64,000 nt of DNA from NCBI GenBank assembly GCA_037481815.1, contig JBBFKX010000001.1, positions 544,001 to 608,000 on the forward strand, written 5' to 3'. Within the stretch, counting starts at the first letter, position 1; every line of letters starts with the position of its first letter. A program made the position numbers and the translations under genes. This DNA is from a candidate division WOR-3 bacterium. Lineage in GTDB: Bacteria; Hydrothermota; 32-111. The notes below the pieces were generated by a model. That model saw only the letters and a program-made list of their open reading frames with translations, ran no database searches and was not told where the DNA came from. Below, piece by piece: positions 61,902 to 64,000 of the stretch.

Positions 61902-62817
61902 AAACCATACCCTGAAATATTTTCTTCTCTTTTGCTCTCCGAAACAGTTTTTCATAAAAGAATCTATCCATTGTCCATAAAGGAGCCACAAGATTAATAG
62001 GGATCATAGAAGATTTGACCCTATGTATGATTTTTTCTTTAGGAATTATCTTTAAAAGTTCCAGAAAAATATCGATGTACTCCATTTCAGACAAAAGTTT
62101 TATTTTCCCACTTTCAAACTGTCTGTAAATCAAAGAATCTCTAACTATATACAGATGATGAAACTTTATACCATCACATCTGGAAAGTAAAAAGAACTTT
62201 ACCGTATTTTCATAATCATAAAAATCTTCATCTGGAAGTCCTATTATTACATGAGCGACCAGATGGCTTTCAGGAATTAATTCTTTTATTCTTTCACAAC
62301 TCTTTAAAAAAGTTTTAGATTCATCTTTTCTATTTATCTTTTCAAGTGTGATATCGTTTGAGCTTTCAAGGCCAAGTTCTATCTGAATAAAAAACCTCGA
62401 ACTTTTTTCTTTAAGGTATTTCAGAATCTCTTCATCAACAGTGTCCGGTCTTGTAGCTATCGATATGCCTATTATCCTCTCATATTTTGAGATGAGTTCG
62501 ATCTGTTCAATAAGCCAATCTTTATTTTTATACATATTTGAAAACGATTGAAAATATGCTATTAACCTGTTTCCTTTTTTTACATTCGAAAGAAAATTTT
62601 CGATCTGTTCTTTAACACTTTTATAAGTTTCTTTACCACTACCGAATGATGAACAGTATATACACCCACCATAACCTTTTGTTCCATCCCTGTTTGGACA
62701 TGTTCCTCCAGTTGCAAGAGAAATTTTATAAATCTCTTCGTTAAACATTTCTTTTAGAAATTTTGAATAGGAGTAGTAAAAATTACTCCTTATCCCGAAA
62801 CCATCTTGATAGATCAT
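61867..62817 (-). CDS. TIGR01212 radical SAM protein (YhcC/YtqA family)
   Basis: TCPNRDGTKGYGGCIYC, AYFQSFSN, TRPD, ELGLES, HVIIGLP; exact start uncertain. Confidence 0.9.
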   Translation of the reverse strand: MIYQDGFGIRSNFYYSYSKFLKEMFNEEIYKISLATGGTCPNRDGTKGYGGCIYCSSFGSGKETYKSVKEQIENFLSNVKKGNRLIAYFQSFSNMYKNKDWLIEQIELISKYERIIGISIATRPDTVDEEILKYLKEKSSRFFIQIELGLESSNDITLEKINRKDESKTFLKSCERIKELIPESHLVAHVIIGLPDEDFYDYENTVKFFLLSRCDGIKFHHLYIVRDSLIYRQFESGKIKLLSEMEYIDIFLELLKIIPKEKIIHRVKSSMIPINLVAPLWTMDRFFYEKLFRRAKEKKIFQGMVYGNNCFNCWEE

Positions 62818-63556
62818 CTAATTCAAACTTCTCCCTTTCGGTTAAAGAGTTATAACCTGATTCGGATATTTTATCCAGAAGTTCGTTCAACCTTTCCCTT
62901 CTTCTATCATTTTCCATCTCTTCAAAATTTTTATATATTCTGTTTCTTTTTAAACCAGACATGTTGCTTAAAATAAATCTTTCAAGTTTAAGATAAACAA
63001 GACCTGTCAGAAGACCTCCAAGATGAGCGAAATGTGCTATACCTGATGATGTTCCACTCAATCCAAACAGAAGTTCCATCACTCCGAAAATTATAACAGC
63101 ATACTTTGCTTTAACAGGGATAAAAAAATTTATATAAAGTATAGATTCAGGAAAAGTCAAACCATAAGCGAGCAAAATCCCATAAATGGCTCCAGAAGCA
63201 CCGATTGAAGGTATAGGGGAACTTGGGTTAATGATATAATGTAAAAGCCCTCCTCCAAGACCAGAAACGATATAATAGGAAATGAATTTTTTACTTCCCC
63301 AGATGGATTCAAGGTTTACACCAAAAATAAACAGAGCGAACATGTTAAAAAACAGATGAAAAAAATTTCCATGTAAAAACATATGTGTAAAAAATTGCCA
63401 GAAGAAAAACTTCTTTGTGACAAAAATTGGAATTAAAGAAAAATAGTATATAAAAAAGTCAGGGAAAATTTGCTGTGCAATAAAAACAAGTAGATTTATA
63501 AAAATTAAAGTCGGGACTATTCTTCTTGACTCATATCGATATGGATCATAATACAT
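62783..63556 (-). CDS. rhomboid intramembrane serine protease with a small C-terminal helical domain
   Basis: HMFLH..FHLFFNM, GASG, AHFAHLGG; tail LNELLDKISESGYNSLT. Confidence 0.92.
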   Translation of the reverse strand: MYYDPYRYESRRIVPTLIFINLLVFIAQQIFPDFFIYYFSLIPIFVTKKFFFWQFFTHMFLHGNFFHLFFNMFALFIFGVNLESIWGSKKFISYYIVSGLGGGLLHYIINPSSPIPSIGASGAIYGILLAYGLTFPESILYINFFIPVKAKYAVIIFGVMELLFGLSGTSSGIAHFAHLGGLLTGLVYLKLERFILSNMSGLKRNRIYKNFEEMENDRRRERLNELLDKISESGYNSLTEREKFELDDLSRWFRDKE

Positions 63557-64000
63557 TTTCAAACTTCTCCTTCAATTTAGATTCGACATACGGTGGGACC
63601 ATATCCTTTATATCAGCTTTCAACTTTGCAAGTTCTTTAACCATACTGCTTGAAAGATACATATATTTTATATCGGTCATAAAAAATATTGTCTCAAAAT
63701 CCTTATTTAACTCTCTGTTTGTCAAAGCCATCTGGAACTCATATTCAAAATCTGAAACCGCTCTCAATCCTCTTATCACTCCATCCACATTATTTTTTTT
63801 GATATAATCCACAAGCAATCCTGAATAAGAGTCGACATCAACGTTTTTGTACTCTTTAACAACCTCTTTTATGATTCCCAACCTTTCTTCTACCGTAAAA
63901 AGAGTTTTTTTCCAGGGATGAAAAGAAACGAGTATGGTTACCCTTCCAAAAAGTTTAATGCCTCTATTCAAAACATCTATATGTCCGTTGGTTATTGGAT
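63546..64000 (-). CDS. coaD: phosphopantetheine adenylyltransferase, 5' end beyond the window edge
   Basis: Frame continues to the edge as DPITNGHIDV; RGLRAVSDFEYE, LSSSMVKE. Confidence 0.95.
   Translation of the reverse strand, partial: PITNGHIDVLNRGIKLFGRVTILVSFHPWKKTLFTVEERLGIIKEVVKEYKNVDVDSYSGLLVDYIKKNNVDGVIRGLRAVSDFEYEFQMALTNRELNKDFETIFFMTDIKYMYLSSSMVKELAKLKADIKDMVPPYVESKLKEKFENVL

Noticed and set aside
61902..61991. Longer N-terminus of rlmH in the ORF track
   Set aside because: RlmH homology begins at MGITVLTVGK; the extension lies within the radical SAM gene
2764..63807. Dozens of 60-190 aa plus-strand ORFs in the ORF track
   Set aside because: They lie antisense to well-conserved genes and show no recognisable motifs; shadow ORFs
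1..64000. CRISPR arrays, IS elements, prophage, rRNA, riboswitches, recoded stop codons
   Set aside because: No spaced repeats, transposase or phage motifs seen; intergenic gaps are tiny; conserved genes end normally at TAA, TAG or TGA

Overview
A 64 kb, very AT-rich and very compact bacterial chromosome segment. Almost everything lies on the minus strand; the only complete plus-strand gene is a MerR-type regulator. It holds the core translation/transcription clusters: tRNA(Thr,Tyr,Gly,Thr)-tuf-rpmG-tRNA-Trp-secE-nusG-rplKAJL-rpoBC-rpsL-rpsG-fusA, plus a separate tuf-S10-spc-alpha block. It also holds a Wzx/Wzy polysaccharide locus (OPX, wzc, gmd, flippase, acetyltransferase, two GT4, Wzy-like, glycerol-1-P dehydrogenase-like), further glycan genes (GHL10, ArnT-like, rfbB, rfbA, AsnB-like), a housekeeping run (coaD, rhomboid, radical SAM, rlmH, long GreA, TlpA-like, panD, lipA, Mrp, map, M18 peptidase) and a DnaJ-TPR/Roadblock/ComEC operon. 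I saw no CRISPR array, rRNA or mobile element. The strongest signal is a rewired str operon. Its EF-G keeps an intact G domain but has lost both conserved domain IV translocation loops, and it sits 2 nt behind an intrinsic terminator with no Shine-Dalgarno. It is no longer followed by tuf; the tuf-S10 block lies ~35 kb upstream with its own promoter, opposite a tandem-MerR gene with a perfect operator palindrome. The two tuf copies appear nearly identical and have strongly G-biased codon usage unlike their neighbours. An uncultured FCB-related lineage (WOR-3/TA06-like) is my impression only and is not established. All alignments and counts were made by eye.
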